A DNA stretch of 64,000 nucleotides from an uncultured delta proteobacterium (GCA_963761335.1 CAVXGR010000017.1:318093-382092); one strand, 5' to 3'. Shown: positions 45,672 to 55,660, numbered from the stretch's first letter. Notes: generated by a model from the sequence alone, not told the origin. Numbers and translations: made by a program.

Positions 45672-47084
45672 TCAACCGAGCGCCAGGCGCACGGTGAACA
45701 CCGAGCCTTCCCCCGGAGCGCTGCGCACCTCGATGCTGCCGCCGTGGGCCTCGATGATGCGGCGCGACACCGCCAGACCGAGCCCGACGCCCGGGATGTG
45801 CTCGCGCGAGGCGCGTCCCCGGTGAAAGGGCTCGAAGATCTCCTCCTGCTCCTCGGGGGCGATGCCGATGCCGTGATCCGACACCGACAGCACCGCCTGG
45901 TCTCCGGCACGCTTCACGCCGATCTCGACGGTGCCGCCCTCGGGCGAGTACTTGATCGCATTGCTGATCAGGTTGTTGACGACCTGCTCGAGACGGACCG
46001 CGTCGCAGTGCACCGCGACCGGATCCTCGGCCATCCTCTCGAGCAGCTGGTGCCGGGAGGAGAGATGCCGGAACAGCTCGGTGGCGTGGCGCGCCAGATC
46101 CCGCAGGTCGTGGACCGCGGGGTGCAGCTCCAGCTGGCCGGCCTCGACGCGGGTGGCGTCGAGCAGGTCGGAGATCATGCGCACGAGCAGATCGACCTGA
46201 CGGCGCACCAGGCTCAGGGTGCTCACCATCTCCCCGCGCGAGGCACCGCCGTCGATGGAGATCGTCTCCACGCCCATGGCGATGGCGGAGAGGGGGTTGC
46301 GCAGATCGTGGGCGACGCCGGCGAGGAACTCCAGACGCTTCTGTCGATGCTGCTCGAGAGACTCCGCCATGTCGTTGAAGACGTGCGCCGTCTCGCGAAT
46401 CTCTGCGGGGCCGCGCTCCGGGCAGCGAACCGCGGTGTCCCCCGAGCCGTAGCGGGCGATCGCCGCCTGCACCTCGGTCAGCGGTCGCACGATCTGCGAG
46501 CGCGCTGCCAGCAGCAGCACGGCGACGCCGGTGAAGAGGATGCCGGTGACCGCCAAGCCGCTGAAGTCGGCGACGCGATCCCAGAACTCGGCGGTGTGCT
46601 GTGCCTCGTTCGACTGCTCGAGATTGATCTGCACGAGCTCCTCGGCGGCGCCGTAGGCCGACATCAGGAAGGGCGTCGCTGAGGTGTAGGCTTGCAGGGG
46701 CGGGGCGCCCTGCTGCGCCAGGCGCCGGTACTCTCCCAGATAACGGTCGATCTGCCCCTCGAGCGAGCTCAGCAGCTGCGCTTCGTGCCCTTCCTCGGCA
46801 TAGATGTGGGCCGCCCGCGCCCAGTGATGCAGGTTGGCCTCGGCCTTCTCCGCTTCGATGCGGTACGAGGCTTCGCCGGTGATCTCGGCGAGGTAGGCGG
46901 TGCGTCCGTGCCAGAGAAGATTCATCTGGATGTTCTCCGCGGCGTGGACGCTCTCCAGGTTGAAGTCGATCTCGTTGACCAGGCCGTGCAGGTAGGCGGT
47001 GGTGATCACCAGGGCGGCGCCGGCCATGGCGGCGATGACCGCGAGTCCGACGGCCGTGAGGCGCGTGAAGGATCGCAGACTCAT
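45672..47084 (-). CDS. Membrane sensor histidine kinase (periplasmic sensor, HAMP, HisKA, HATPase_c)
   Basis: Two TM helices; AHDLRNPL; NLISNAIKYS; DHGIGI; GVGLGL. Confidence 0.93.
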   Translation of the reverse strand: MSLRSFTRLTAVGLAVIAAMAGAALVITTAYLHGLVNEIDFNLESVHAAENIQMNLLWHGRTAYLAEITGEASYRIEAEKAEANLHHWARAAHIYAEEGHEAQLLSSLEGQIDRYLGEYRRLAQQGAPPLQAYTSATPFLMSAYGAAEELVQINLEQSNEAQHTAEFWDRVADFSGLAVTGILFTGVAVLLLAARSQIVRPLTEVQAAIARYGSGDTAVRCPERGPAEIRETAHVFNDMAESLEQHRQKRLEFLAGVAHDLRNPLSAIAMGVETISIDGGASRGEMVSTLSLVRRQVDLLVRMISDLLDATRVEAGQLELHPAVHDLRDLARHATELFRHLSSRHQLLERMAEDPVAVHCDAVRLEQVVNNLISNAIKYSPEGGTVEIGVKRAGDQAVLSVSDHGIGIAPEEQEEIFEPFHRGRASREHIPGVGLGLAVSRRIIEAHGGSIEVRSAPGEGSVFTVRLALG

Positions 47085-47143
47085 GGGTGAGACGGGGCTC
47101 GCCGCTTGCCGGCGAGCCCGAGAGCGCCCCGCCGCCGCGACTC

Positions 47144-48334
47144 TCAGAGGCGCTTTCCGAGGCGCATCGGCACGCCGGCGAAGCCGTGCACGTTGCTCAT
47201 GTGAACCCGCTCGAGACCGTCTTCGTCGATCTGGTAAGCGGGAAAGCGGCGGTGCAGCTCCTCCAGCGCCACGCGGCTCTCGAGACGTGCCAGCGATCCG
47301 CCCAGACAGCGGTGAATGCCGTAGCCGAAGGCGAGCTGGGTGGGAATCCGGCGGTCGATGTCGAAGGCGTCGGCGCGCTCGAACTCGCGCTCGTCGCGAC
47401 AGGCGGAGCCGGTGAGCAGCAGAACCCGCGCCTCGCGCGGGATGGTCTCGCCGTGCAGCTCGACGTCGCGCGTCAGGGTCCGCATGCTGTACTGGGCCGG
47501 CGGCCAGTAACGCAGGACCTCCTCGACCGCGTCTGCCGTCCGCTCCGGGTCCGCCAGGATCTTGTCCCGCTCCGCCGGGTGCCGCGCCAGCAGCACCACG
47601 GCATTGCCGAGGAGCTTGGTGACCGTCTCGTTGCCGGCTCCGGAGAGGAGACCGCAGAAGGCGATGATCTCGACGTCGGTGAGGCGCTGCCGGGTGCCGT
47701 CGTCGTCCTCCACCTCCGCCTGCACCAGCGCACTGGTCATGTCGTCGCGCGGCTGTCGCCGTCGCTCGGCCACCAGGCCGGCGAAGTACTGGATCACCTG
47801 GGCGTTCGCCTGCAGCGCCTCCGGGGGAAACTCGGGCTTGTCCGGATGGCGGGTGAGCGCCTCATCGGTCAGCTCGCGGAGGTGATTGCGGTCCTCGGCC
47901 GGTACCCCGAGCATGGTGCTGATCATCTCGATCGGCATCAGCGCCGCGAACTCCCGCACGAAATCACAGGTGCGCTCGCCCTCGAGGCGATCGAGGAAAT
48001 GAACCGCCAGGGCGCGCACCGTCGGCTCGAGGGCGGCGATGCGCCGCGGCGTGAAGGCGGCGCTCACCAGCTTGCGGAGCCGCGTCTGCCGCGGCGGATC
48101 CATGAAGAGGATGATCGGCATCGCCTCGACCATCTGCGGGTTCATCTCCAGCACCGTCCCCTTGGCGGAGCTGTAGGTCTCGTGGTCGATGTGGGCGGCG
48201 AGGACGTCGGCGTAGCGGGACAGCGCGTAGAAGTCCAGGGCCTCGTTGCGATACACCGGGGCGTTGTTTCGCAGCCACGCGTAGATCGAGTACGGGTCTT
48301 CGTGGAAGGAGTACGAAAAGGGGTTCAGCTCCAT
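47144..48334 (-). CDS. Cytochrome P450
   Basis: MDPP..TRLR, AGNETV (I-helix), EEVLR, FGYGIHRCLG heme motif. Confidence 0.95.
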   Translation of the reverse strand: MELNPFSYSFHEDPYSIYAWLRNNAPVYRNEALDFYALSRYADVLAAHIDHETYSSAKGTVLEMNPQMVEAMPIILFMDPPRQTRLRKLVSAAFTPRRIAALEPTVRALAVHFLDRLEGERTCDFVREFAALMPIEMISTMLGVPAEDRNHLRELTDEALTRHPDKPEFPPEALQANAQVIQYFAGLVAERRRQPRDDMTSALVQAEVEDDDGTRQRLTDVEIIAFCGLLSGAGNETVTKLLGNAVVLLARHPAERDKILADPERTADAVEEVLRYWPPAQYSMRTLTRDVELHGETIPREARVLLLTGSACRDEREFERADAFDIDRRIPTQLAFGYGIHRCLGGSLARLESRVALEELHRRFPAYQIDEDGLERVHMSNVHGFAGVPMRLGKRL

Positions 48335-48390
48335 CTCATCGTCGTGGCGGCCCGGTACTGTCGCGACAAGAATCCATTCCCCGCCCCTTG

Positions 48391-49467
48391 TCAATCGCGG
48401 CGCTCGGGAAGGCGCGTCTGCCGCGCCAGCTCGGCGGCCCGGCGGGCCATGTCGAGGACGACGTCGCCGAAGGCCTGCATCTTCGGGTTGTCGGCACCGC
48501 CGCGCACGAAGCGCGCGTAGCCGCCCTCGAGGACGATGGCCATCTTGAAGCGCGCCAGAATGACGTAGTAGTCGATCTCGTCCACCGGCAACCCGCTGCT
48601 GTGCGAGTAGCGCTGCGCCAGCTCGTCGCGGCTCGGCATGCCGGTATAATCGACGTAGCCGCTGCTCTTGCGGTCCTCGCCGGGATCGGGCCAGGCCATG
48701 ATCACCCAGGCGAGGTCGAGAAGCGGATCCCCCACCGTGGCCATCTCCCAGTCCACGATCGCCGCCAGGCGTGGCGGTGCCCCGTGGCCAAACATGACGT
48801 TGGCGAACTGATAGTCGCCGTGGATGATCCCCGGCCGGTAGACGCTCGGGCGGTGGCGACGGAGCCACTCGGCCGCGGCGTCGAGGCCCGGGAGGTCGCG
48901 GAAGCGGAAGCGCGACAGATGGGCGAGCCAGCGATCGACCTGCCGCTCGTGAAAGCCCTGCGGGCGGCCGAAGCCCTCCAGCCCGCGCGCTTTCCAGTCC
49001 ACCCGCGCCAGACGGGCAATGGCGTCGACCAGCTCCCAGGCGAGACCGCGGCGCGCCGCCAGGTCGGTGTCGAACGGCGGCGGCCAGCCGTCCCGGTTCA
49101 TGCACGACCAGCCGTCGACGAACTCCATGAGGTAGAAGCAGGCGCCGATCACGCCGGTGTCGTCGCAGGCGGCGACGGCGCGGGTGTGCGGTACGTCGGT
49201 ATCGCGCAGCGCCGCCAGCACGCGGTACTCCCGCAGCATGGTTTCGTTGCGTCCCTCCGGGACCTTGCCCGGGGGCCGGCGCAGGGCGAGGCGCAGATCG
49301 CCGCGGCGGATCTCGAAGATCTCGTTGGAGGCCCCGCCGCTGATGAAGCGCACCGCCAGCGGCTCGCCGCGAGCCGGCAAGCCATGCTCGTCCATCCAGC
49401 GGCCGAGCCGCTGCGGATCGACGAGGGCGCGGCTGCGTTCCTCGTCGCTGGCGCCGCTGCCGCTCAC
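48391..49467 (-). CDS. APH/choline-kinase family phosphotransferase (LvaA / ACAD10-11 kinase-like)
   Basis: GGASN, LRRPP, REYRVL, FYLME, HGDYQFAN, DWEMATVGDPL.DL; GTGA overlap with upstream ACAD. Confidence 0.9.
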   Translation of the reverse strand: MSGSGASDEERSRALVDPQRLGRWMDEHGLPARGEPLAVRFISGGASNEIFEIRRGDLRLALRRPPGKVPEGRNETMLREYRVLAALRDTDVPHTRAVAACDDTGVIGACFYLMEFVDGWSCMNRDGWPPPFDTDLAARRGLAWELVDAIARLARVDWKARGLEGFGRPQGFHERQVDRWLAHLSRFRFRDLPGLDAAAEWLRRHRPSVYRPGIIHGDYQFANVMFGHGAPPRLAAIVDWEMATVGDPLLDLAWVIMAWPDPGEDRKSSGYVDYTGMPSRDELAQRYSHSSGLPVDEIDYYVILARFKMAIVLEGGYARFVRGGADNPKMQAFGDVVLDMARRAAELARQTRLPERRD

Positions 49468-50768
49468 AGGTTCCCGACCTCGGTCTCCAGATAGCGCGCG
49501 TAGCGGGCCCGCGCCTCGGCCACGCGCGCCGGCAGATAGTCGTTCGGCCACAGGCCCGCATAGGCCTGGTGCTGCTTGAGGACCTGCCGCGCCACCGTGA
49601 CCTTGTGGACCTCGGTCGGCCCGTCGGCGATTCCCATCACCGGCACGGTCGCCCACATCTCGGCGAGCGGCATCTCGTTCGAGCAGCCGAGGGCCCCGTG
49701 AATGTGCAGGGCGCGCCGCACGACGTCGTGCAGCACCTCCGCCGACTGCACCTTCACCGCGGCGATGTAGGTGCGCGCCTCGGCGCGGTGACCCTTGTCG
49801 ATGTGCCAGGCGGCGTACAGCACCAGCAGCCGAAACTGCTCGAGCTGGATGAAGGAGTCGGCGATTGCCTGCTGCACCATCTGCTTCTGCGCCAGCAGCT
49901 CGCCCTGCGTGCGGCGGCTGAGAGCCCGCTCGCACATCATGCGCAGGGCCCTGCGGACCTGGGCCACGGTGCGCATGGCGTGATGGATGCGGCCGCCCCC
50001 GAGGCGCGTCTGCGCGATCGCGAACGCCTGACCGGGTCCGCCGAGGAGGTTCTCCGCGGGGACGCGGACGTTCTCGTAGCGGATGTAGGCATGATGCCCG
50101 GTCCCCAGAGGCTCGCCCGGCAGACCAGCGAGACGCACGATGTTCAACCCCGGCGTCTGCCGCGGGACGAGAAACATCGAGGCGCCCTGGTGGACGGGCA
50201 CCTCCGCGTCGGTGATCGCCATGACGATGATGAACTCGGCGAGGTCGGCGTGTGAGGAGAAGTACTTCTCGCCGTCGATCACCCACTCGTCGCCATCGCG
50301 GCGGGCGCGGCAGCGGAACTCCTTGGGATCGGCCCCCGCCTGTGGCTCGGTCATCGAGTAGCAGGAGACGATGTCGCCATCGAGAAGCGGCTGGAGGTAT
50401 CGCCTCTTCTGCTCCTCGGTTCCGTAGGCGGCGATGATCTCCGCGTTTCCGGAGTCCGGTGCCTGGCAGCCGAAGATGCTCGGCGCCCACATGGAGCGGC
50501 CGAGGATCTCGTTCATCAGCGCCAGCTTGAGCTGCCCATAGCCCAGGCCGCCCAGCTCCGGGCCGAGATGACAGGCCCACAGGCCGCGGCGCTTCACCTC
50601 CTCCTTCAGCGGCGCGGTGATCTGCCGATAGACCGGGTTGTGTCGCTCGTAGGGGGCGGCGTGCTCGGGAAAGGCGAGATCGAGAGGCTCCACTTCCCGC
50701 CGCACGAACGCGTCGATCCAGTCGAGCTTCTCTTGAAACTCCGGCTCGGTCTCGAAATCCCACGCCAT
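49464..50768 (-). CDS. Acyl-CoA dehydrogenase (ACAD10/11- or LvaC-like subgroup)
   Basis: FGCQAPDSGN, SMTEP, RLGGGRIHHAMR, IADGPTEVH. Confidence 0.92.
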   Translation of the reverse strand: MAWDFETEPEFQEKLDWIDAFVRREVEPLDLAFPEHAAPYERHNPVYRQITAPLKEEVKRRGLWACHLGPELGGLGYGQLKLALMNEILGRSMWAPSIFGCQAPDSGNAEIIAAYGTEEQKRRYLQPLLDGDIVSCYSMTEPQAGADPKEFRCRARRDGDEWVIDGEKYFSSHADLAEFIIVMAITDAEVPVHQGASMFLVPRQTPGLNIVRLAGLPGEPLGTGHHAYIRYENVRVPAENLLGGPGQAFAIAQTRLGGGRIHHAMRTVAQVRRALRMMCERALSRRTQGELLAQKQMVQQAIADSFIQLEQFRLLVLYAAWHIDKGHRAEARTYIAAVKVQSAEVLHDVVRRALHIHGALGCSNEMPLAEMWATVPVMGIADGPTEVHKVTVARQVLKQHQAYAGLWPNDYLPARVAEARARYARYLETEVGNL

Positions 50769-50861
50769 GAGGGCGAGCACTCCCACAGCCGCAGGCGCCG
50801 GGTCAAGAGGGCAGCGGGCGGCGCGGCGATGGGCCGCGCCGCCCGCTGGTTCAGACGCGGG

Positions 50862-51071
50862 TTACTTGCTCATACCCACACACTTCTTCACTCGCGACGG
50901 CGAGACCTTCAGGTCCTTGGCCACCTCCTCCTGGGTCTTTCCGGCCTTGATCTGTGCCTGGATCTTGGCGCAGGAGACCATGGGGTGCTTGGACTTCGCC
51001 TTGGCCATCGCCGGCGCGACCATCAGGGTCGAGCCGAGCAGCAGGGCCACGGCAAGCGTTGTGCCTCTCAT
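50862..51071 (-). CDS. Small secreted basic protein with two Cys flanking an HTH-like segment
   Basis: RBS AAAGGAGG; signal peptide (AMA); C.KI......GKTQEEVAKDLKVSPSRVKKC. Confidence 0.72.
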   Translation of the reverse strand: MRGTTLAVALLLGSTLMVAPAMAKAKSKHPMVSCAKIQAQIKAGKTQEEVAKDLKVSPSRVKKCVGMSK

Positions 51072-51210
51072 GAGTTGTTCACCTCCTTTCGAATCGACGT
51101 TGAAGGCGCGGTTTCCCGCGCGCCTGCGGGCGTGCACCGGGAGCGATGTGGATTTGCTCCCGGCCCCCCGAGTTGCCAGTAGTTTTGGTTGCCTGACGGC
51201 GGACGACCCT

Positions 51211-51561
51211 TCAGCCGAGGCCGAAGGGATCGAAAGGAGAGGGGAGCTTGGGTCGGCGGATGGGAATGGGATTGTGCCCGGAGAGATGCGACGCCAGGAC
51301 CACCCGCGCCGGCGGCAGGTGGTCGGCGACCGCCTGCCGCCGATCACCGCGGCTCGGCCGCAGCTGTGCCTGCGCCGGGCAGCAGCCATCGCTGCTGTCG
51401 TCGGCCTGCTCGGCGGGCGCGGCGACGGTGGTGTCATCGCGGTGCGACTGGTGGAGCGAAGTGGACGCCCAGGAGCTGGCCGGGCTGTCGAGGAGGAGGG
51501 CGCCGGCGAGTACTAACGCAGCCGCGATCAAGCGAAACGAGCCCACGCCTTGGCGCACCAT
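51211..51561 (-). CDS. Possible small exported or leader-type protein
   Basis: ATG 51561, hydrophobic N-terminus, GCCP motif, Pro-rich C-terminus; fills an otherwise empty gap. Confidence 0.35.
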   Translation of the reverse strand: MVRQGVGSFRLIAAALVLAGALLLDSPASSWASTSLHQSHRDDTTVAAPAEQADDSSDGCCPAQAQLRPSRGDRRQAVADHLPPARVVLASHLSGHNPIPIRRPKLPSPFDPFGLG

Positions 51562-51669
51562 TCTTTGCCGGCAGCGCTCATACCAGGAACTTCGATGTCG
51601 CGCTAGCGGGGTGCCCGGCTGTCGCTCCAGTGGGCGATGAGGCATGATTTCCAGGTCGAGGAGGCGCTC

Positions 51670-52944
51670 ATGAACGACTTCATGCTGGACGAGCCGGCGC
51701 GGGCGATTCAGGAGAAGGCGCGGGAGTTTGCCCGTCGCGAGGTCGATGCGGAGTATCTGCGCCGCATGGACCGCGACGAGATCCGCTACCCGCGCGAGCT
51801 CTACCAGCTCTTCGGCGAGCATCGGCTGCTGGGGCTGCGCTTCCCGGTGGAGTATGGCGGCCAGGGTCTCAACTGGGTCGCTGACTGCGCCGCCATGGGC
51901 GAGATCGGCTGCCTGGGAATGGCGGCCGGCTGCGCCTTCGTCATGCCTTCGATCGTCGGCGAGGCGCTGGTCAAGTTCGGCACCGAGGAGCAGAAACGGA
52001 CGTATCTCAAGCCCATGCTCGAGGGCCGCCTGGTCTCCGCCGAGGCGCTCACCGAGCCGCGCGGCGGCTCCGACTTCTTCGGCGCCTCGAGCCGCGCCGA
52101 GGATCGGGGCGACCACTTCGTGGTGCGCGGCATGAAGCGCTTCATCGTCGGCGCCGAAGGCGCCGATTTCTTCCTCGCCTATGTGCGCACCAACCCCGAC
52201 GACCAGGCGCCGCCGCAGCAGCGCATCAGCGCCATGATCATCGACCGCGGCCCGGGAGTCGAGGTCAAGTACCTGTACGGCCTCATGGGAACCCGCGGCG
52301 GCGGCACCGGGCGGGTGGTCTTCCGCGATGTCGAGGTGCCGAAGCGCAATCTCGTCGGACCTCTGCACGGCGGCGCCCTGGTCTTCCACACCATGATGGT
52401 TCCGGAGCGCCTGTGCAGTGCCGCCCCGTGCACCGGAATGATGAAGGCATGCCTGGACGTGGCCATGAGCTACGCCGACCGCCGCAAGGCCTTCGGGCGC
52501 CCGATTCGCAAGTTCCAGGCGGTGAGCTTCATGATCGCCAAGGCGCAGATGCTGCTCGACGCCAGCCGCGCCATGATCTACCAGTCGGCGCGCGCCGCCG
52601 ATGTCGACGCCCCGAGCCTGCGCCGCATCGTCTCGGAGACCAAGAAGTTCGTCACCGAGGCGGCCTGGGAGGTCGCCAACCAGGCGATGCAGGTGACCGG
52701 CGGCATCGGCTACACCGACGTGTATCCGATCGAGCGCGCCGTCCGCGACACGCGCCTGGCGCAGATCTGGACGGGAACCAACGAGATCATGAGCGCCATG
52801 ATCCAGCACGATCTCTACGACGAGTTCCACGCCGAGCGCGGCCGCTACCGCGACTTCGAAGGCGACGCCATGCACCAGGCCGACGAGCAGGAGAAGATCT
52901 TCGACGACGACGACATGTGGCGCGTCTACGACAGCAACAAGTGA
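51670..52944 (+). CDS. Acyl-CoA dehydrogenase
   Basis: ALTEPRGGSD, KRFI.GA, RKAFGRPI.KFQ, AMQVTGGIGY, IWTGTNEI. Confidence 0.92.
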   Translation: MNDFMLDEPARAIQEKAREFARREVDAEYLRRMDRDEIRYPRELYQLFGEHRLLGLRFPVEYGGQGLNWVADCAAMGEIGCLGMAAGCAFVMPSIVGEALVKFGTEEQKRTYLKPMLEGRLVSAEALTEPRGGSDFFGASSRAEDRGDHFVVRGMKRFIVGAEGADFFLAYVRTNPDDQAPPQQRISAMIIDRGPGVEVKYLYGLMGTRGGGTGRVVFRDVEVPKRNLVGPLHGGALVFHTMMVPERLCSAAPCTGMMKACLDVAMSYADRRKAFGRPIRKFQAVSFMIAKAQMLLDASRAMIYQSARAADVDAPSLRRIVSETKKFVTEAAWEVANQAMQVTGGIGYTDVYPIERAVRDTRLAQIWTGTNEIMSAMIQHDLYDEFHAERGRYRDFEGDAMHQADEQEKIFDDDDMWRVYDSNK

Positions 52945-52950
52945 GAAGAC

Positions 52951-53063
52951 GAGGTGTTGAGGTGTTGAGGTGCGGAGAAAGAACCCTCTAGTCCGTATCA
53001 TTTTGCCACGGCCTGGCACCCAGCTCTTCCCCCCAACAGCCAACACCTCAACCCCTCAGCACC
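52951..53063. repeat. Degenerate GAGGTGTT / AACACCTC inverted tandem repeat
   Basis: GAGGTGTTGAGGTGTTGAGGTG mirrored by CAACAGCCAACACCTCAACCCCTCAGCACC; same family as the outer layer of 22057-22253. Confidence 0.7.
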
Positions 53064-53139
53064 TTGCCTCATCGTGCCACGGGCGCCGCGTTGTGTACCG
53101 GACTTGCTCCAAGGATGCGGCGCTGGAACAACCGGGGGC

Positions 53140-53803
53140 ATGGTCGAGCTCGACAAACAGGATAGCGTCTTCGTGCTGCGCATGCGCAGCGGCGAGAACC
53201 GCTTCAATCGCGCTTTCCTCGACGCCTTCCACGCGGCGCTCGACGAGGTGGAGAGGTCGAGTGGGCCCGCGGCCCTGGTGACCACCGGCGAGGAGAAGTT
53301 CTACTCCAACGGCCTCGACCTCGGCTGGTTGAGCGGCGACGGTAGCGCCCAGGCCGGCGAGTTCATCCACGACTTCCTGCGCTTCTTCGGGCGACTGGTG
53401 GCCTTTCCGGTGCCGACGGTGGCGGCGATGAATGGCCACGCCTTTGCCGGCGGCGCCATGCTGGCGCTGGCCCACGACTTCCGCGTCATGCGCGCCGACC
53501 GCGGCTTCTTCTGCCTTCCGGAGGTCGACATCAAGCTGCCCTTCGCCGCCGGCATGACGGCGCTGATCAAGTCGCGCCTGTCGCCGTCCGATCTTCCGCG
53601 AGGCCATCCTGAGCGGCCGCAGATTCGGCGGCGCCGAGGCGCTCGAGCGCGGCATCGTCGACGCGGCCGTTCCCCCGGATGAGGTCCTGCCGCGCGCCGT
53701 CGAGCGCGCCGCCGCCCTCGCCAACAAGGACCGCACCACCTATCAGGCGCTCAAGCGCGGCATGTTCGCCGAGGCGCTCGCGCTTCTCGAACGCGGCGAC
53801 TGA
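53140..53803 (+). pseudogene. Enoyl-CoA hydratase/isomerase with frameshift near 53590
   Basis: ENRFN, FYSNGLDL, NGHAFAGG, LPEVDI; homology continues in the +1 frame (IFREAILSGRRFGGAEALERGIVD...LKRGM...D*). Confidence 0.8.
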
Positions 53804-53836
53804 GAGGCCGGGAACGCCGCCAGCCTGGCCGCAATC

Positions 53837-54910
53837 CTATCCCGATACCTTCGAGCTCGGACGTGGAGTGCGGTCGAGCAGGTCTCGGATGAGCTCATCC
53901 ATGTGCAGCGTCCCCGCCCGGATACCGGCGAGGTAGCGCTGGCTCTCGGCGTCGAGCTGCGCGCCGCAGCGCTCGAGCAGCGCCCGGCCGAAGCCGTCGA
54001 TGTGGCGTAGCGGCGCGCGCAGGTCGTGAGAGACGGAGTAGCTGAAGGCTTCCAGCTCCTGGTTCGCCGCGCCCAGCTCCGCCGTCGTCTCGCGGACGCG
54101 CCGTTCCAGGTCCTCGGCCAGCTTGCGAAACGCCCTCTCGGCGCGCAGCCGATCAGTGATGTCGTGCGCCATGCCGCGCACGATGGGCTGGCTGACGCTC
54201 TCGGTGCGCAGGGTGTTGTGGTATTCCCATACCCTTCTCTTGCCGGTCTTGGTCAGCACCGTCATCAGGCCCCGGGCGACGCCGTCTCGCCGCAGAGCGG
54301 CCAGATATTCGTCGAACACGGCGCGGATCTCGGGCGCCAGGACGTCGCGGATGTTCATCCGCAATATCTCGCTCTGCTCGTAGCCGAGGGCGCGCGCCGG
54401 AGCGGGGTTGACGGACAGAATGCGCCCGTCCAGGTCGTGGGTGCAGAGCAGGTCCTCGCTGTTTTCGACCAGGTCGCGATAGCGATCCTCGCTCGCCCGC
54501 AGTGCCTCCTCGGCGCGCTTGCGCGCCCGCCGCACCTCGGTCTCGCGGAGCTCCCTCTCCACGGCGGGAAGGAGCCGCGCCAGCTTGCTCTTGCTCACGT
54601 AGTCGCGCGCCCCGGCTCTCATCGCCGTCGCCGCGACCTCTTCCCCCACCTGCCCGGAGACCACGATCACGGGCACGTCACATTGTTGCTGGCGGATCAG
54701 CTCCAGAGCGGCCGGCGCCGAGAAGCGCGGCATGACCCAGTCGCAGGTGATCGCGTCCCAGCCGCCGCCCTCGAGCGCCTCGCTCAAATCGGCAGCGGTG
54801 TCCACCCGTTTCGAGATCACCTCGTAGCCGCTCCTTTCCAGCTCGCGTACCACTAGGCACGCATCGTCCGGATTGTCTTCGATCAGGAGCAGTCGGAGTG
54901 GCATCGACAT
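53837..54910 (-). CDS. Receiver-PAS-HisKA protein lacking HATPase domain (possibly truncated)
   Basis: LLIED, D..MP, ARDYVSK receiver; [20 protein letters not shown]; stop right after DHp helix 2. Confidence 0.8.
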   Translation of the reverse strand: MSMPLRLLLIEDNPDDACLVVRELERSGYEVISKRVDTAADLSEALEGGGWDAITCDWVMPRFSAPAALELIRQQQCDVPVIVVSGQVGEEVAATAMRAGARDYVSKSKLARLLPAVERELRETEVRRARKRAEEALRASEDRYRDLVENSEDLLCTHDLDGRILSVNPAPARALGYEQSEILRMNIRDVLAPEIRAVFDEYLAALRRDGVARGLMTVLTKTGKRRVWEYHNTLRTESVSQPIVRGMAHDITDRLRAERAFRKLAEDLERRVRETTAELGAANQELEAFSYSVSHDLRAPLRHIDGFGRALLERCGAQLDAESQRYLAGIRAGTLHMDELIRDLLDRTPRPSSKVSG

Positions 54911-54972
54911 TCGATCCCTCAGGGCTCTTATGCATCTTCTCGCCTCCTTCGCCAAGGGAAGAGTCTTCGCCG

Positions 54973-55125
54973 GCGGCCATGGCCGCCATGAGCGGCAGCG
55001 GCCGCAGCATCGAGCCCGCCGGGGGCGCGGTGGCGCGTTACCACGACGCCAAGCACGAGGTCTTTCTCCACATGTACGACGATTTCATCGCCTCTCGCCG
55101 CACCATGCGGAAGTGGGGGACGTAG
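54973..55125 (+). pseudogene. C-terminal remnant of an FGGY-family pentulose/ribulose kinase
   Basis: [15 protein letters not shown]...[16 protein letters not shown]...RRTM resembles the FGGY kinase C-terminus; no upstream continuation. Confidence 0.55.
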
Positions 55126-55138
55126 CCCGCGGCGGTCT

Positions 55139-55660
55139 TCAGGCTGCAGTCACCTTGCGGTGAATCTCGGCGGTGAGCTCTTCGATGCGCCGGCTGAGAT
55201 CCTGGGTCACTTCGGTCAGCTTTGTGTTCTGCGCCAGCAGTTGGAGGATCTGCGTCGTTTCTTTCGCGGCGAGATCCTGTCGCTCGAGGCTCGCCTGGGC
55301 GAGATCCTCCCGATGGCGGGCGTCGGCATCGGCCAGGGCCTTGTCGCGGTCGGCCTGGCGCGTCTGCGCCAAGAGGATGAGCGGCGCGGCGTAGGCCGCC
55401 TGGAGGCTGAAGGCGAGGTTGAGCAGAATGAAAGGATAGATATCGAAGTGCGCAATGCCGGCAACGTTGAGGGCGATCCAGGCCGCGACGATGACGGTCT
55501 GTCCGAGCAGAAAAGTCGGAGTCCCGAAGAAACGCGCGAACGACTCCGCCTTTTCGCCGAACCAGCTGTCGCCGAACACCGAGGAGAGGTGGACGTGCGG
55601 CGCGTGATAGCGGAAGTGGTGCCGCGAGCCCGATGACTGTCTCTGACCGATTGTTTTCAT
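55139..55660 (-). CDS. DUF1003 membrane protein (copy 1)
   Basis: ARFFGT..F, FDIYPFILLNLAFSLQAAYAAPLILLAQTRQADRD. Confidence 0.9.
   Translation of the reverse strand: MKTIGQRQSSGSRHHFRYHAPHVHLSSVFGDSWFGEKAESFARFFGTPTFLLGQTVIVAAWIALNVAGIAHFDIYPFILLNLAFSLQAAYAAPLILLAQTRQADRDKALADADARHREDLAQASLERQDLAAKETTQILQLLAQNTKLTEVTQDLSRRIEELTAEIHRKVTAA

Noticed and set aside
47144..49561. 805-aa apparent P450 fusion
   Set aside because: The N-terminal half is an off-frame reading of the phosphotransferase gene; P450 homology starts at ATG 48334
48391..50763. 790-aa apparent ACAD-kinase fusion like ACAD10/11
   Set aside because: The ACAD is in a different frame with its own stop at 49464; the genes overlap by GTGA and are separate
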